DNA from: Octopus vulgaris
Taxonomy: Eukaryota
Assembly: GCA_951406725.2 (NCBI GenBank)
Contig: OX597818.1
Span: forward strand, 72,168,001 to 72,232,000
DNA: 64,000 bases
Direction of reading: 5' to 3'
Shown: positions 13,400 to 26,702 of the stretch, piece after piece
Position numbering within the stretch: the first letter of the stretch is position 1
Layout: the number at the start of each line of letters is the position of its first letter
Made by a program: the position numbers and the translations under genes
The notes under the pieces: model-generated
The model's input: the letters and a program-made list of their open reading frames with translations, nothing else
What the model was told of the DNA's origin: nothing
The model's database searches: none

Positions 13400-13740
13400 C
13401 ACTGCCGCCACCACCACCGCCACCACCCCACCCCACCACTACCACTACCACCTCCTCTCTCCCTCCTCTTCGCTCTCCTTCTTCCTCTCCCACTCTCCCC
13501 TCACCCTCTTTCCTCTCCCCTTCATCTCCTACTCCTCTTGCTCCCCTCTCCCTTGCTCCCCTCTCCCTTCCCCCATTTCCTCCCCTCCACTTCATCCCTT
13601 CCCATCTCCTTCCAATCCCCTCTCCCCTTCCTCACTCCATCCCTCCTCTCCCACCTTCTCCTCTTCCCTCCTACTCTTCTCCCCTCCTCTTCTCTCCTCC
13701 TCTTCCCTCTCCCTCTCTCATCTTTCTCCCCGTCTTTATC
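13400..13740. repeat. (CCA)n plus a polypyrimidine low-complexity tract
   Basis: C/T-only tract of about 280 bp following a CCA repeat. Confidence 0.9.
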
Positions 13741-13847
13741 ATTATCATCAGGTGATACATAGCCATAAGCATTGCGAGAAACTTGTTTAACAGAAAAAAT
13801 TATGTTCATATTTTGGCAGAGAAGATTTATAAATTGTTTTGTTGTTG

Positions 13848-13905
<58 letters not shown>

Positions 13906-14488
13906 ATAACTATTCCATTAATATGTGTATCATAATGCGAATTATCTTTGCTTATGATTATTTCGACTTCGTACATTCGCTGTTAAATAGATTCGACTTC
14001 ATCATAAATCCATTTTTATGAAATATGTTTTTTTATATACTTTGGAATGAAGAGTATTATAATGAAATTACTTATTCGGAGTTAAAGATCTAATTTTTTT
14101 TTACATTTTCTAATTTTCATATTAAGAACTCGGTTTAATAATTATAGTATCATCGTAATTTACATATTCTTTTCGTTTTAAGATTCCACAGAATATACAA
14201 CAAATAGTGATTCCAATATTTTTGAGCAACAATGCCAGTCCCATACTTTTAAGGTTTATTATGACATTCCGTAACCCTTTTGAGCGTACGCATTTTTCAA
14301 TTGTAGTTTATTTATTGAAGGTCCTAACGAGCAAACCATTAAAAAAGTATACGTTATTCAATTGACATTGTAATTTTTATATCGAGAATAATCAAGCGAA
14401 ATACCATCATCATTGTCATTTAACTCATTGAACTGAAACCAGTTTCATAAATTCCAGTGCACGAAACTCGACATTTGAGTCACTCTGT

Positions 14489-14588
14489 ATTGCTAATAAA
14501 TAGAAACGTATATATACTCTCAATTGCTAATAAATAGAAACGTATACATACTCTCAATTGCTAATAAATAGAAACGTATATATACTCT
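14489..14588 (+). repeat. 34-bp tandem repeat, about 3 copies
   Basis: attgctaataaatagaaacgtatatatactctca x3 with one substitution; last copy truncated. Confidence 0.95.
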
Positions 14589-14661
14589 TGTTTTGAGTTA
14601 TATTTACCTATTTACATTACGTATATGTAAATACAGTTATATATGTATGTATGTATGTATG

Positions 14662-14695
<34 letters not shown>

Positions 14696-14764
14696 TGTAT
14701 GTATGTATGTATGTATGTATGTATGCATGTATGTATGTAGATAGGTACGTATCTATGTATGTCA

Positions 14765-15250
14765 TTATTCAGTTTTATTTCAAGATTTCTTGCCAATAGA
14801 GAAAGAACCGGTTTCTAACCTAGATCTAAGGCTCCTTCATTGGAACTTCAACAACATCAACACGATATTTTTGTATGTATGTATGTTTGTATATGTGCAG
14901 ATTTGCACGTTTTGCTTTATGTATGTATTCTTATGCATAGAATTGTATATCTAGATATGCTCATATATACTTAAATGATAAACTTCTGGGAAGTTTTACA
15001 GATTTTTACAGTTCCAGTAATGGATTGGATCTGTAGTATTTCTCCTTTCTGGTTTTGAGAAGTCTAATTTCTCAAGATTAGTGTTTAGGCATTGTTACAT
15101 ATCCCAGTGCCCCGATAATAATAGGTATAAACCCGAACTTGTAATCTGGATAGAGTAACTGCAAATTTCTCAATAATTCAGCATAGGTATTTTCTTCTTC
15201 ACTGATCTTTTAGTCTTATGTTAACAACCGCGGGACAGCTGGTTTCTACA
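14765..15250 (-). mobile_element. RLE-type non-LTR retrotransposon 3' fragment
   Basis: Minus strand reads KISEEENTYAELLRNLQLLYPDYKFGFIPIIIGALGYV (RLE C-terminal K..Y..L...P.IIGALG), followed by a UTR ending in (TACA)n. Confidence 0.75.
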
Positions 15251-15451
15251 GCTGTGGGTTCTTAATTCTTTTTCTTCAAGGTTATCCTACCGACAGATAC
15301 AACAACATGTCTCATCGGTAGATAATACCATGACGACAGTTTCGGACAATTGCTTATGATGCGGGTGTTATCATCGGTGTTAACTCCACAAGTCTGCGTC
15401 GGTTGTCAAACAGAGATATACACATGCCTATTTCTGTCACTATATATGTAT

Positions 15452-15904
15452 ACGAGTAAAACGCCCCCGTCCAATGGACGGTGCTGAGTTGTCAAACATT
15501 TAAACCAAATTTTTCCAAAACAACTTGTCCGACCGTTCCATAGGCCTCTCCTTTGAGAAACACTGATTTAAGCTAAATTTGAGACACCGGCAAAAGTAGA
15601 AATAAAGATAGATTTTTTGTTTTCCAAAGAAAAACGATTTTATTCACACAAATATGCAACCGAAGAGTTTAAAGTACCAGTAAGTACATCGCAACAGCTG
15701 ATGTACTTGCGCGTACAAATGCACGTTCCCACGGCTTTATCGATTGCATTCTCACCTGGAATCGATTTTTGTAATTTTTTCAAGACTTATACACGCCCTG
15801 ATACGTTCGGTATCAACATATCAAATTTGAGCGCAATCGGATGGAAGATGCCCGAGATCTTAGAAGACACACACACAGATAGACAGAACAGATTTTATAT
15901 AATA
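15452..15904 (+). mobile_element. Helentron-associated (HINE/DINE-like) non-autonomous element
   Basis: Sub-terminal hairpin ccgtccaatggacgg near one end; caaatttgagc..aatcgga motif, short ACAG/AC repeat and ttttatataatag at the other end. Confidence 0.6.
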
Positions 15905-15936
15905 GCTATATCCTACACTTGTCTTTTGTTTTCTGT

Positions 15937-15990
15937 GGGGTAACCACGTGTGCGGATAATATATATATTATACGCGCACGTGGTTACCCC
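15937..15990. repeat. 54-bp palindrome centred on (AT)n
   Basis: ggggtaaccacgtgtgcggataat-atatat-attatacgcgcacgtggttacccc. Confidence 0.9.
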
Positions 15991-17542
15991 AGTGTGATCC
16001 TGCCTGACTGAACTTCCTACTCTCTTGGGCTTCCATCTTAACTACTTCCCGAACTTTCAGTACATCTTCTCATCCACATAACCAGCAATCCACCCGGATT
16101 ACCAATGGAACTTTGGACTCTTTCGAACTCTATCTCTACGGGTCTTACTGGCTATTTTTGTTGATGTAAATCTCTCTAATCTACCACGACTTTCGAACTT
16201 TCTGAACGTTCTGAACTTTTAAACTCCGTACGTGAATAACTTTGCCATTCCTTCATCATTTTAACTTTTTCTCTTTCTCTTTCTCTCTCACTTTTTTCGC
16301 CTTTTTCCAGCAAACCTAATTATAAATCCTTCCTTCTCCACCTTCACCATCGCCTAAAAAAGCCACCATACCACGCTTCCTTTCCGCTGCTTTCAAACTT
16401 CTATTAATGTTTTCCTACTGATTGAAAAAAGAACACGCTTCTGAAGTCACGTTTCATTTCTCAGTCGCTGCCCCCACCACCTCCTTACCCACAAAGATTT
16501 CCGCCTCCATTTCCAACCTATTTTTCATTCTGCCTCTTCCACCTTACCCATACTCTGCTCCACTTTCTGCCGACTTATGCGTGCCATCATTCGTTTCAAT
16601 CTCTCCAAAATACACACCCTCGACTGCCTTCTCCCTCTCGCTTATTCCACCTTTTTTCTTGCTGCTCACCATTCATTGCACATTCCACCTTACGCTTTAT
16701 CTTTCACCTAAACCACCTTTTCCACGACTTTCTCGCTCGCACTAAACGATATAAACTCCACTCACTCTTTCAACCCGTACCACCCGATGCCACAACATCC
16801 ACCCTTCCCTATCTCTCCTCGATCCACTCCTCCATCATCCTCACTCCCACCCTTTCATTACTCCAGCTCACCCACACGCCACTTCCTCCTCTCTCTACTT
16901 CCAGCCTCCCACTGCCTCCCCTCCCCATCTAGCCCCCTTAAACCCCACTTCAGTCTGTTGTTACCATTACTCCTGATCTCCCTCTCTCTGAAGTGGAGCG
17001 CTCTCTTCTCAGTAAGGGTATATGCTTCATCTCTCTCACTCCATCCAGTAACGAATTTCAGACTTGAGCTAATATCCAACACTTTGTGCGCCGCGTCAGA
17101 CTACGTACACTATTCCACAACACTCCACCTGCATCTGATTAAGAAGACTGCTTCATCGACCTGGGCCGCCAACCATCCCACTGGACGCCAGTTCCTGGCC
17201 AGTTCCAAGCAGTTGATCAATTTGCAAGCATCTGTCAACGTTTTGTGGACCGACTTTACTTTCGTAGGTGTCCCCGACATTTCAGCATCTTCCGGCCGGA
17301 CCATCGGCCCTTCCATGTCTCCAATACCACAAAGATATCGTCATTAAACTGGTCGACAAGGATGGAGCTTTAGTAATGTGACGCGCAGACCTTTACAAGG
17401 TTGAAACTCTCCATCAAGTTCAAGGCACCTCTCATTGCCCTCTGCTCTCCAACCACACACCTAACTACCAATAGACTGTGTTCTTCACTATTCATTACCT
17501 CATTTCCGACACCTGTCTACATCTTTTGTTTTCTGTTGATTT

Positions 17543-17548
<6 letters not shown>
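15991..17548 (+). mobile_element. Penelope-like element 5' fragment, internally deleted and decayed
   Basis: LSEVERSLLSKG..F (~16983) and VIKLVDKDGALV (~17340; cf. IKPADKG) are PLE N-terminal RT motifs; the 3' end tcttttgttttctgt-(TA)n resembles other pLTR ends in the window. Confidence 0.7.
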
Positions 17549-17635
<87 letters not shown>

Positions 17636-18011
17636 AGAAGGTTGAAAACGAACACACGAGTTGCTATGTATAAGGAACATAAGACAAGAGAGAAAATGCT
17701 AAAATAATTTCATCACGAAAACCATTTCACTACCGGTTTCACTCTTTGCGACTTTTTCAAATGAGATTAAAGTATGAAAAACAATTAAATTGTGGAAAAA
17801 TGAAATGAAATGATCTTTTAAAATATTTCCATTGTTTTCAAATACAAAGGACATTTTCCTTTTTTTCTGTCTGTTTCTCTCCCTTCTTTTTACTCTTGTG
17901 AAGGCTTGGTAGCAGGTAGTAGGTAGTAGCAGTTCTAAAAGAATATTTGATATGACTTCTTCGTTTTGATTGTTTCAGCAGAAGTAGTAGACGAGGAAGA
18001 AGGCGGCGAAG

Positions 18012-18042
<31 letters not shown>

Positions 18043-18618
18043 GACCTAAAAGTGACCTGTTGTGGTTGTAATAGCAGTGATTGGAATTGTTCTCAATAAA
18101 TTCATGGGTAGTGACTGGGCTGAATACATCGTTTTTAATATTTGCGTTTGTATTATTCTAAGGCACTTGTAGTAGTGTCATTTGTGGTGGACGCATTCTT
18201 TGCTAATGCGCTAACTACAAGTTGCATCGTCGCTGAGGTGAAAAATTCAGAAGCTGGGTTGTTCGTTAGTGGCGAAAATGTCGATGTGTTCGCTGAATGC
18301 TATTTTTCTGAATTCCCGAATTTTGATCTGAGATCTATGTAGAGCCATCTTTTGACGTAGACTATTTTTGGTTTGGCCTATGTATTGCTTTCGACACCCT
18401 GAGCAAAGGTATCGAGAGCAATAATTTCCAATATTTAACTAACATAAATTTATAAATCTTATATATTTTATGTCGACACTGAAGAGATGTATTCATTTTC
18501 AGGGACGTTGACCTTTCTGACTTTTGCATTCCGTCCTGTTTGTTCTTGGTAGAAGTTTGATGGGGATTCCCCACCAATATACCTTGTGGTGAAATGAATG
18601 TATGGTGGCATTCCATCA

Positions 18619-19092
<474 letters not shown>

Positions 19093-19489
19093 AGAGAGTG
19101 GTAAATGAGAGAAAGAACAGGCAAAGTCTACGAAAAGCAAGGAACTGGTTCATTGAATTAATGAACGAACATCTTTCTTCTTTTAAAGTGAAAATGGCTC
19201 GTATTGATTAGCAGATGGCTGGCATTGATGCTATATTAGATATAGTCTACTAACGTCCTTACTGCTTCTTTTGTTATTTAAAGGAGTAGTAAAGACACTG
19301 CAGGCAGAAGGTGAGCTCGCAAATTAAATATTGTAAAGTATGCAGTCAGGTATTTTGCAGTTTTTTACAGTTGGAGATGGTGGTATCATCATCCTCATTA
19401 TTGTAGTTGGCGTCGTCGTCGTCGTCGTCCATGTAATGGATGTTGATAGAGGTGGCTTTAAATAAACCTACCATTACCTGTAGCATCAT

Positions 19490-19540
19490 CGCCGCCGCCA
19501 CCGCCACCGCCGCCACCGCCACCGCCACCGCCACCGCCAC

Positions 19541-19582
<42 letters not shown>

Positions 19583-19990
19583 CACCGCCACCGCCGCCGC
19601 CACCGCCGCCGCCGCCACCGCCGCCACCGCCACCACCGCCACCGCCACCGCCGCCGCCACCGCCACCATCACCACCACCATAACCACCACCACCACCACC
19701 ACCACCACCATCACCAGTATGCATGGGTGACTGCTGGACTTCCATAATAACCTTCCCCAGAAATGTGCCTCAGAAGAAAACTGTCTATGTGCAATCCCAT
19801 GACCAAATAGATTCTTTATCATCGTCATCACTACCAGCACCATTACCGTGGCTACCATGGCCACCACACCCATTATTACCACCATTATCACTACTATTAC
19901 CGCCAACCCTCCCACCACCATTACCATCATTACCCTCACCACTACCATCACAACTATTACCACCACCTCCACCACAATGCTACCACCATT
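19490..19990. repeat. (GCC/ACC)n and degenerate (CAC/CAT)n trinucleotide tracts
   Basis: Visible trinucleotide repeats giving poly-Ala/Thr/Gly ORFs. Confidence 0.92.
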
Positions 19991-20534
19991 ATCATCACTT
20001 TATCCATTCAATGAGACTGAGCTTCTCTGCAGTTGTACAAATTGTGAGAAATAGAAAACAAATGCCATCAAAACTACCCTAACATATTTTTTTAAAAAAT
20101 GCAAGGCAGAACACCTTACCGAAAAGAGAATGATTATTGGTGGAACAAGTTTAAAGAAATCGACGTGACTCTACTCCAAACAAATAATAAATAAGATAAA
20201 AATAAAAAGTAAAAATGTAAAGTAAAATAAAATATAATAAAAGGACAACCGTCACCCAAACATAGTGAGAACCCGAAACTGGTATATTTAGATTTACATG
20301 AAATGAAACGTAGAATTGATTTTGGTAGAATTTGACTTGACTATGCTTACAAAAGCAAAATAAATTGTCTGAAGTTGGTAACTGAATACCTTTATCATTT
20401 CTAGAATAGACTGAACGATGCAGTCATGTGACATTTCTGTTTTACTCAATAGAAATATGGACCTTAACGAAGTAAAATGTCTTCTCCAGATAATTGGTAG
20501 GCCATAATTTTTGTCATGAAGATCATTATTGAAA

Positions 20535-21404
20535 TTAGCTTCTGTACCTTCTTGGCAGTATGGCTGGGAGCACTATCCTGGGTCCACACATAGGCGCCCT
20601 CTGGGTAGTTGGCCTTAGGCCTTGGCAAAACATTGTACCTCAGCATCTTGAAGTAGGCGTTAGCGCCCACCTCTTCTCCGGGTTTGTAGAAGTAGATCGG
20701 CATATTTTTTCTGTCGGAGACCACAACACCGAAGGGTATGACCTGGACTGGACGTTTTGTTCTGAAGGTGTCCCGGACATCAGCCATTGGTTCCGCAATG
20801 TACCAATCGTCTCTGCGGTTCACAATGGCATCCACTGTGAATATCGCATTACAGAAAATTTTCATAGTGGACCCGTTCTTCCTGAGGTATGTGAGAACCC
20901 TTTTGCACCTCTCCAGTCTCCTGGCCTTCATAGGTTCTGTCAGCAGGTGCTTCGGTGTCCTGGTGTAGTACATAAAGCCTACTTCATGTTCAGAAGGCAG
21001 TTTCCACATGGATGTGGTTGGGTCCGTTGAAAGTTTGGACTTGAGGGTGTTGATGAAACCTTGATTCTGCTCCTTGTTTGTCCCATCGCTGCCAAACTTC
21101 CTCTGAATGCCGTTGACTATGTTCATTCTCTTGATATAAATTGTGCGTAAAGATGCTCCGATTATGCTTGAAATCCTCTTCGGATCGACTTGTGCACGGA
21201 CCAAATCACATATTCTTTGGCGTTTGTCTTCCTGCGCAATTAAATTCTCTAATATTCTTGCAAAAAGAAAAAGAGTTTGTTGTTAGTTGACAATGTATCT
21301 TTATTCTGCAAATGTATTCTTTGTTAGGTTTCATATAATTTGGTATAGTAGTTGCTGAGGAAAAGTAGTGTAACTTTTAATGCAAGTTTTACTTCCTCAC
21401 CCTG
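20535..21404 (-). mobile_element. maT/DD37D-like Tc1-mariner element, 3'-truncated
   Basis: 5' end TA|CAGGGTGAGGAAGTAAAAC at 21404; ORF has KHLLT..MKARRLERC, IFTVD..NRRDD, RTKRP..V..FGVV, PIYF...G..V.A..Y and QDSAPSHTAK; last catalytic region missing. Confidence 0.8.
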
Positions 21405-21589
21405 TATCTAATTTGTTTTTCCGCATAATTGCTTCTATACCCACTCAACTTGATCTCTCTTATAGCCTTTCTTTATCTTGTGGAATGATCTCCTGTAAAG
21501 ACATTAGAGTCTAAGCTTGAATATTTTGAGTACTAATAAGTGTATTCTATACAGAGATTCTCTGGATCTCATCTGTGAACTATGTCTGT

Positions 21590-21805
21590 CTGTGTGTGTG
21601 TGTGTGTGTGTTTGTCCCTCACCACTGATTGTCAAGCGATGTTGGTGTGTTTACGTCCCAGTAAGTTAGCAGTTCGGCAAAAGATACCGATAGAATATAT
21701 ACCAAGTTAAAAAACAAAGTATTGGGGTTGAATCATTCATTTGACTAAAAATTCTTCAAGGCGTTGCCCCAGCATAGCCGCAGTCAAATGACTGAAACAA
21801 GTTGC
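21590..21805 (+). mobile_element. SINE family A 3' half
   Basis: tttgtccc...ggtgtgtttacgtccc.gtaa.ttagc.gttcggcaaaaga.accgatagaat...ccagcat.gccgcagtcaaatgactgaaacaag. Confidence 0.85.
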
Positions 21806-22316
21806 AGAAGTATTGGTGAAAAATGCTGAAATGAAGATTTGGTGCACAAAGAGCTGACATATTGTATTGTGTGCACTCCTATTCACAATAACTAATACTA
21901 GAGTTTTACTCTTATCCTAAATAACGAGGAATGAGCAGCTTGGATGGAACAGATTAAACTGAATATATTTCATTTGAGTGATGAACCACCAAAAATAAAA
22001 TTGATTCGGAAGAGATTTTGATCGCAAACCGTGAGGCAACGAACTAGATACAAGAAATAATTAAAGTCAGTATTTTACTTTCCTTGCTCAGTTTACTTTC
22101 ATTTTCACATTACGTGAGAAGTCTTGTTCTATTATAACTCTTTGCTTATTACATTACGGACGTTAGCATTAACTTAAATATGAAGTTGGAGGATGTAATA
22201 TGAAAGACTAACTAAATGAATATATAAATAAAGAAAAACAGATGGTTCTGGAAGCAATTAGTTTAAATACTTTCGCTCATTATGTCAAGTATCATTAAAT
22301 ATATATATATATGTGT

Positions 22317-22359
<43 letters not shown>

Positions 22360-22877
22360 GCGTATATATATATATATATATATATATGTAAATATACATA
22401 CCTAAATGCACACAAATATATATATTCACAAATATGAGTGTATGTATGTATGTTTGTATCGAGGTTGATGGGGAAACTACCAACAATTACCTCTCAGCTG
22501 AAGTAGAATTATGTTGATTTATAAAATACAAAGTGATTCAGTTTAGAAAGAGTTACAGATGATTTGTTAATAAATTGGAAGCAAATTCTTATGTATTCGT
22601 CTTCCAGAAGTTCTGATTGTTGCTAAATGTTTATTTAGGAAAGAATTAAAATTGAACGTTGTCCAAGTGAAAACCTTAAAAAAAAAAAAAGAAAAGAAAA
22701 TAGAAATTTGTAAATGAAGATCGGTGTTGACTTAATGCAGACAAAATGTATGCTATCTTTGCATTTCGTCGTTCTGGTTAGATAAAATAAGTAGCAGTTA
22801 AACACCGAGTCAATTAAATCGACCACGCCCCTTCCTGCCTGCCAAATTAGTTAATATAAAAGAGTGTTAGGGCTGGA

Positions 22878-22927
22878 ATCGAGATATTAAGTTACTGTCC
22901 ATTAGGATGGTAACTTAATCTCTCGAT
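22878..22927. repeat. 50-bp hairpin
   Basis: atcgagatattaagttactgtcc-atta-ggatggtaacttaatctctcgat; 20 of 23 Watson-Crick pairs plus 2 G:U on the + strand. Confidence 0.9.
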
Positions 22928-22949
22928 GGCCTCAGTGAGCAGTTCAGCC

Positions 22950-23390
22950 TCCTGGCTCCGGATAGGGGCTGTTCTTCTCTGTGGTGGCCAATGCACCTCC
23001 ATCAAGATCGAATAGAAGAGTTTGCATTTTTCGAGTCAGCATAACCCTGATCTCCTCTATCTTCTTTTCCCACCCTACATCTTTCATAAAGCGCAGCTGC
23101 TTCTGAACTTTTTCTCTGAGGTTTTGGAACTTGACCCGTTTTGAGTCAGACTGCTTGCTAGCCACTTCCTGTGTGCAGCATACTTTTTTCAAAAAGTAAA
23201 CTTTGAATTTCAGAATCACTGTCACCAAAGCAGTCCTAGTGATGTCTTTTGAGGGAATCTATTGTCACTTTGTAGGCGGTGTCAGCTTCATTTCTTAATT
23301 TGGCCCAGTTTTCTTCTGACTCTCCACTGATGAAAGCAACTTGCTCTAGACGCTTTAAAAGTTCATCCTGAAGGTAGAGCTTTTAGGTTA
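22950..23390 (-). mobile_element. RTE-like LINE internal fragment
   Basis: ESEENWAKLRN and FQNLREKVQKQLRFMKD..W resemble the RTE endonuclease-to-RT linker. Confidence 0.55.
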
Positions 23391-23454
23391 CTATCTTTTA
23401 AAAATAAATATATATAATTTTTTAATAAATATGTATAAAAAATATATATATAAT

Positions 23455-23572
23455 ATTACTTCCCAACCACATGGTTCCAGGTTCAGCGCCACGGCGTGGC
23501 ACATTGGGCAGGTGTCTTCTATTATATCCTTTATGAGTAGATTTGCTAGACGGAAACTGACAGAAGCCCGTC

Positions 23573-23575
<3 letters not shown>
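23455..23575 (+). mobile_element. SINE family A 5' half
   Basis: aaccacatggttccaggttcag..ccac.gcgtggcac.ttgggca.gtgtcttct...agacggaaactga.agaagcccgtcg-(TA)n. Confidence 0.85.
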
Positions 23576-23634
<59 letters not shown>

Positions 23635-24305
23635 AAGTGGAAATGGATGCGTCGCGTTCAATTAAATAATAAATAATAAATAATATATAATAGACAAGGA
23701 TGAGGGAAGATGTTTTCTTCCTCTATACTTCTCTAATTCCATTTTTCTCCCCTCTTTCCTTCATCGTTTTCTATCTGTCTGTCTCTCTTCCGCTTTCTCT
23801 CTTTTTTATCTCTCTATCATTGCTCACACGTGACCATCGTCCACCTTCCTTTTCCTCACGTAACCATCTTTCATTTCCTGCACGGTCGAGTTTTTCTCTC
23901 TCTCTTCTAGCTTTTCTCTTTTCAAAAAAATATTTCTCATAGCGTTCAAAGTTTTCCTCTCGTTCTGGTATAATGACCCTCCATGTTTGTTTTTGTTCGG
24001 TTTCCTTGTATGTCTCCACTGTCATTTTTTTGTTCTCAACTTTGACCATCCATAAATTCTAAATTTTATTTTAGAATTTATGGGAGCAACTGTCTTTGAA
24101 GACTTCATATTGTCGTTGAATGCTCGAAATGAGGAGTAGATGGACAGTCGACAATATTGATGAAGGGTCCTTTCTCTGTGTTGACTTGTCCTGCTTTCCA
24201 CTTTCTTCGCGTTGTTTACGTATATCATTCGTTTTCCTCGTTTGTTTACTTATTTCATGTCATTTGTACCGTTGGTGACGTCCCGTACCCATATATGCTT
24301 GCATA

Positions 24306-24402
<97 letters not shown>

Positions 24403-24439
24403 TGTTCCTTTTCCTTTTCCTTTTTTCTTTTTATTCTTT

Positions 24440-24660
24440 TTATTTTTTATTTTATTTATTTATTTATTTTTTTGTTCTTTTCTTCCCTTTTACGATCCCT
24501 CTTGATCGAAAACCTACGCCACCCCCCTTTTTTGTTTTTTTTCTTTTGTTTTTGCTTTTCTTTTGTTTTTTGATTTCTTCATCCCCCAAAAGAAAAGCTC
24601 TACCTTGTAACTTGTTCCATCTGTGTGCAGCCCTGTGTGGCCAATAAAGAAACTTATTTA
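24440..24660 (+). mobile_element. Probable LINE 3' tail
   Basis: T-rich UTR ending in cagccctgtgtggccAATAAAgaaa followed by simple repeats; family not established. Confidence 0.35.
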
Positions 24661-24669
24661 CCTACCTAC

Positions 24670-24877
<208 letters not shown>

Positions 24878-25130
24878 TAATAATAATAATAATGATAATA
24901 ATAATAATAAGGAATATGATTCGAAGCTTACAGGGAAAATTCAGTTTTGTAATACTAAATCAAATTTCACAATATATAATATATATATACAAATTAGAGA
25001 AAAACCACCATGTAGCAATTCAACAATGATATACTTCAATCATACCATATAGAAAAAAATTAAAGATACGATAAAATATTTACCTAGAACTAAATAAAGT
25101 ACAAATAATAAATAGTATATAATTAGTAAA

Positions 25131-25215
25131 TAGACTACATGTGTTTCGTGGGAATATTTTCAAAATGATAACAGTAAAATCAATTCAATTTAAATATAGT
25201 CACTCATCAGGTCCA
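25131..25215 (-). ncRNA. Type-I hammerhead ribozyme motif with canonical core
   Basis: uggac-CUGAUGA-gug...cac-GAAA-cacau-GUA-gucua: stem I uggac/gucua, stem II gug/cac with a long AU-rich loop, GUA cleavage triplet. Confidence 0.8.
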
Positions 25216-25244
25216 AGATAAAAACAATAAACTAATTAAATAAA

Positions 25245-25392
25245 TGTGTGGTAAGTAGCTTGCTAACCAACCACATGGTTCCGGGTTCAGTCCCACTGCG
25301 TGGCATCTTGGGCAAGTGTCTTCTGCTATAGCCCCGGGCCGACCAATACCTTGTGAGTGGATTTGGTAGACAGAAACTGAAAGAAGCCTGTC

Positions 25393-25450
<58 letters not shown>

Positions 25451-25658
25451 TTGTGTGTCTGTGTTTGCCCCCCTAGCATTGCTTGACAACCGATGCTGGT
25501 GTGTGTACGTCCCCGTCACTTAGCGGTTCGGCAAAAAAGACCGATAAAATAAGTACTGGGCTTACAAAGAATAAGTCCCGGGGTCGAGTTGCTCGACTAA
25601 AGGCGGTGCTCCAGCATGGCCGCAGTCAACTGACTGAAACAAGTAAAAGAGTAAAAGA

Positions 25659-25659
<1 letters not shown>
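25245..25659 (+). mobile_element. Near full-length CORE-type SINE (family A, octopus OR-like) with internal (TA)n
   Basis: A-box gtgtggtaag, B-box gggttcagtccc, CORE-like cttgggcaagtgtcttct, internal (TA)n(TG)n and 3' ccagcatggccgcagtc..gactgaaacaagtaaaagag. Confidence 0.9.
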
Positions 25660-25719
<60 letters not shown>

Positions 25720-26618
25720 AAAATATAAGTATATTTTTTTTAAACTTTTGAACGATAATCTTAACGTATTACATATAATTTACATTCGGAAATAGTTTTG
25801 TAAGGCAAAATCTTATGGAATAGGTAGGATTTTTTATGTATTCTGTAGTATTGCATTTTAGTAAATACTTTTAGTAATAATAGAAACTTTGGTTAATTCT
25901 ATAAATGAGTGTATAAATATATATATAATACATAATATACATTAAATGAAGTTAAAATACTATAATTTAATCTATATCCATTAAATTATTTATTTATTCA
26001 TTTAATAAACATCTAAGTTAAATCTTATCCTAATTATGTAATATATACTAAAAAACTTCATGCTAACTTATATACATAATACAAACTATAACTACAAGAA
26101 TCAAAAATAGAAAAATAGTTCAAATATATGCACACAAATCAGTTAAATTTATTATATAATTTATTCAATTTATATATAGATTTAACATTGCATTCATTTA
26201 TAGAATTAACCAAAGTTTCTATTATTATTAAAAGTGCAATATTACAGAATACATAAACATTTCTACCTATTCTATAAGATTTTGTCTTACAAAACTATTT
26301 CCCGATGTAAATTATATGTAATGCGTTAAGTTTATCGTTCAAAAGATAACATTAATAAAAATAATATGTAAATGAATATACGCATCGTAACTTATATTTA
26401 TCAAATAACGATATAGAAATCAATATTTTAAAAAGGATAATCAAACACAATTCAATTCTAAATTCAACAATATTGTTATAAAAGAAATTCATTACTTATC
26501 TTATCTAAGAAAATCTATAAGATTTTAAACGTAAAAACGTAAGCTTTAGCGTTTATAAGAAATTTAACTCGTGAAGACGTTGCGTAAATAAAAAATAGAA
26601 TAAATGTATAGAGTAAAT

Positions 26619-26702
26619 ACCTATGATGAGTGACTATGTTTAAATTGAATTGATTTTACTGTTATGATTTTGAAAATATAGCTACGAAACACGTGTAGTC
26701 TA
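26619..26702 (+). ncRNA. Hammerhead motif, inverted partner copy with damaged core
   Basis: ac-CUAUGAUGA-gug...uac-GAAA-cacgu-GUA-gucua; perfect palindromic stem III ACACGUGU and a 2-nt insertion in the core. Confidence 0.65.

Noticed and set aside
14489-14588. 34-bp repeats of CRISPR-like length
   Set aside because: Directly tandem with no spacers, eukaryotic context and no cas genes
17724-17766. Hammerhead-like remnant on the minus strand (uugaaaa...GAAACCGGUA)
   Set aside because: Core has two changes and stem II is poor; plausible decayed PLE end but not callable
19346-19975. Poly-Ala/Val/Gly/Thr ORFs
   Set aside because: (GCC/ACC)n repeat with no unique coding context
23325-23360. CTGATGA followed by a small stem
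   Set aside because: No GAAA box or stem I; lies antisense within an RTE-like coding fragment
24089-24150. actgtc/gacagt-bounded ttgaaga...gaaa motif
   Set aside because: Stems II and III cannot be formed convincingly
25245-25305. tRNA-like A and B boxes
   Set aside because: SINE head, not a complete cloverleaf tRNA gene
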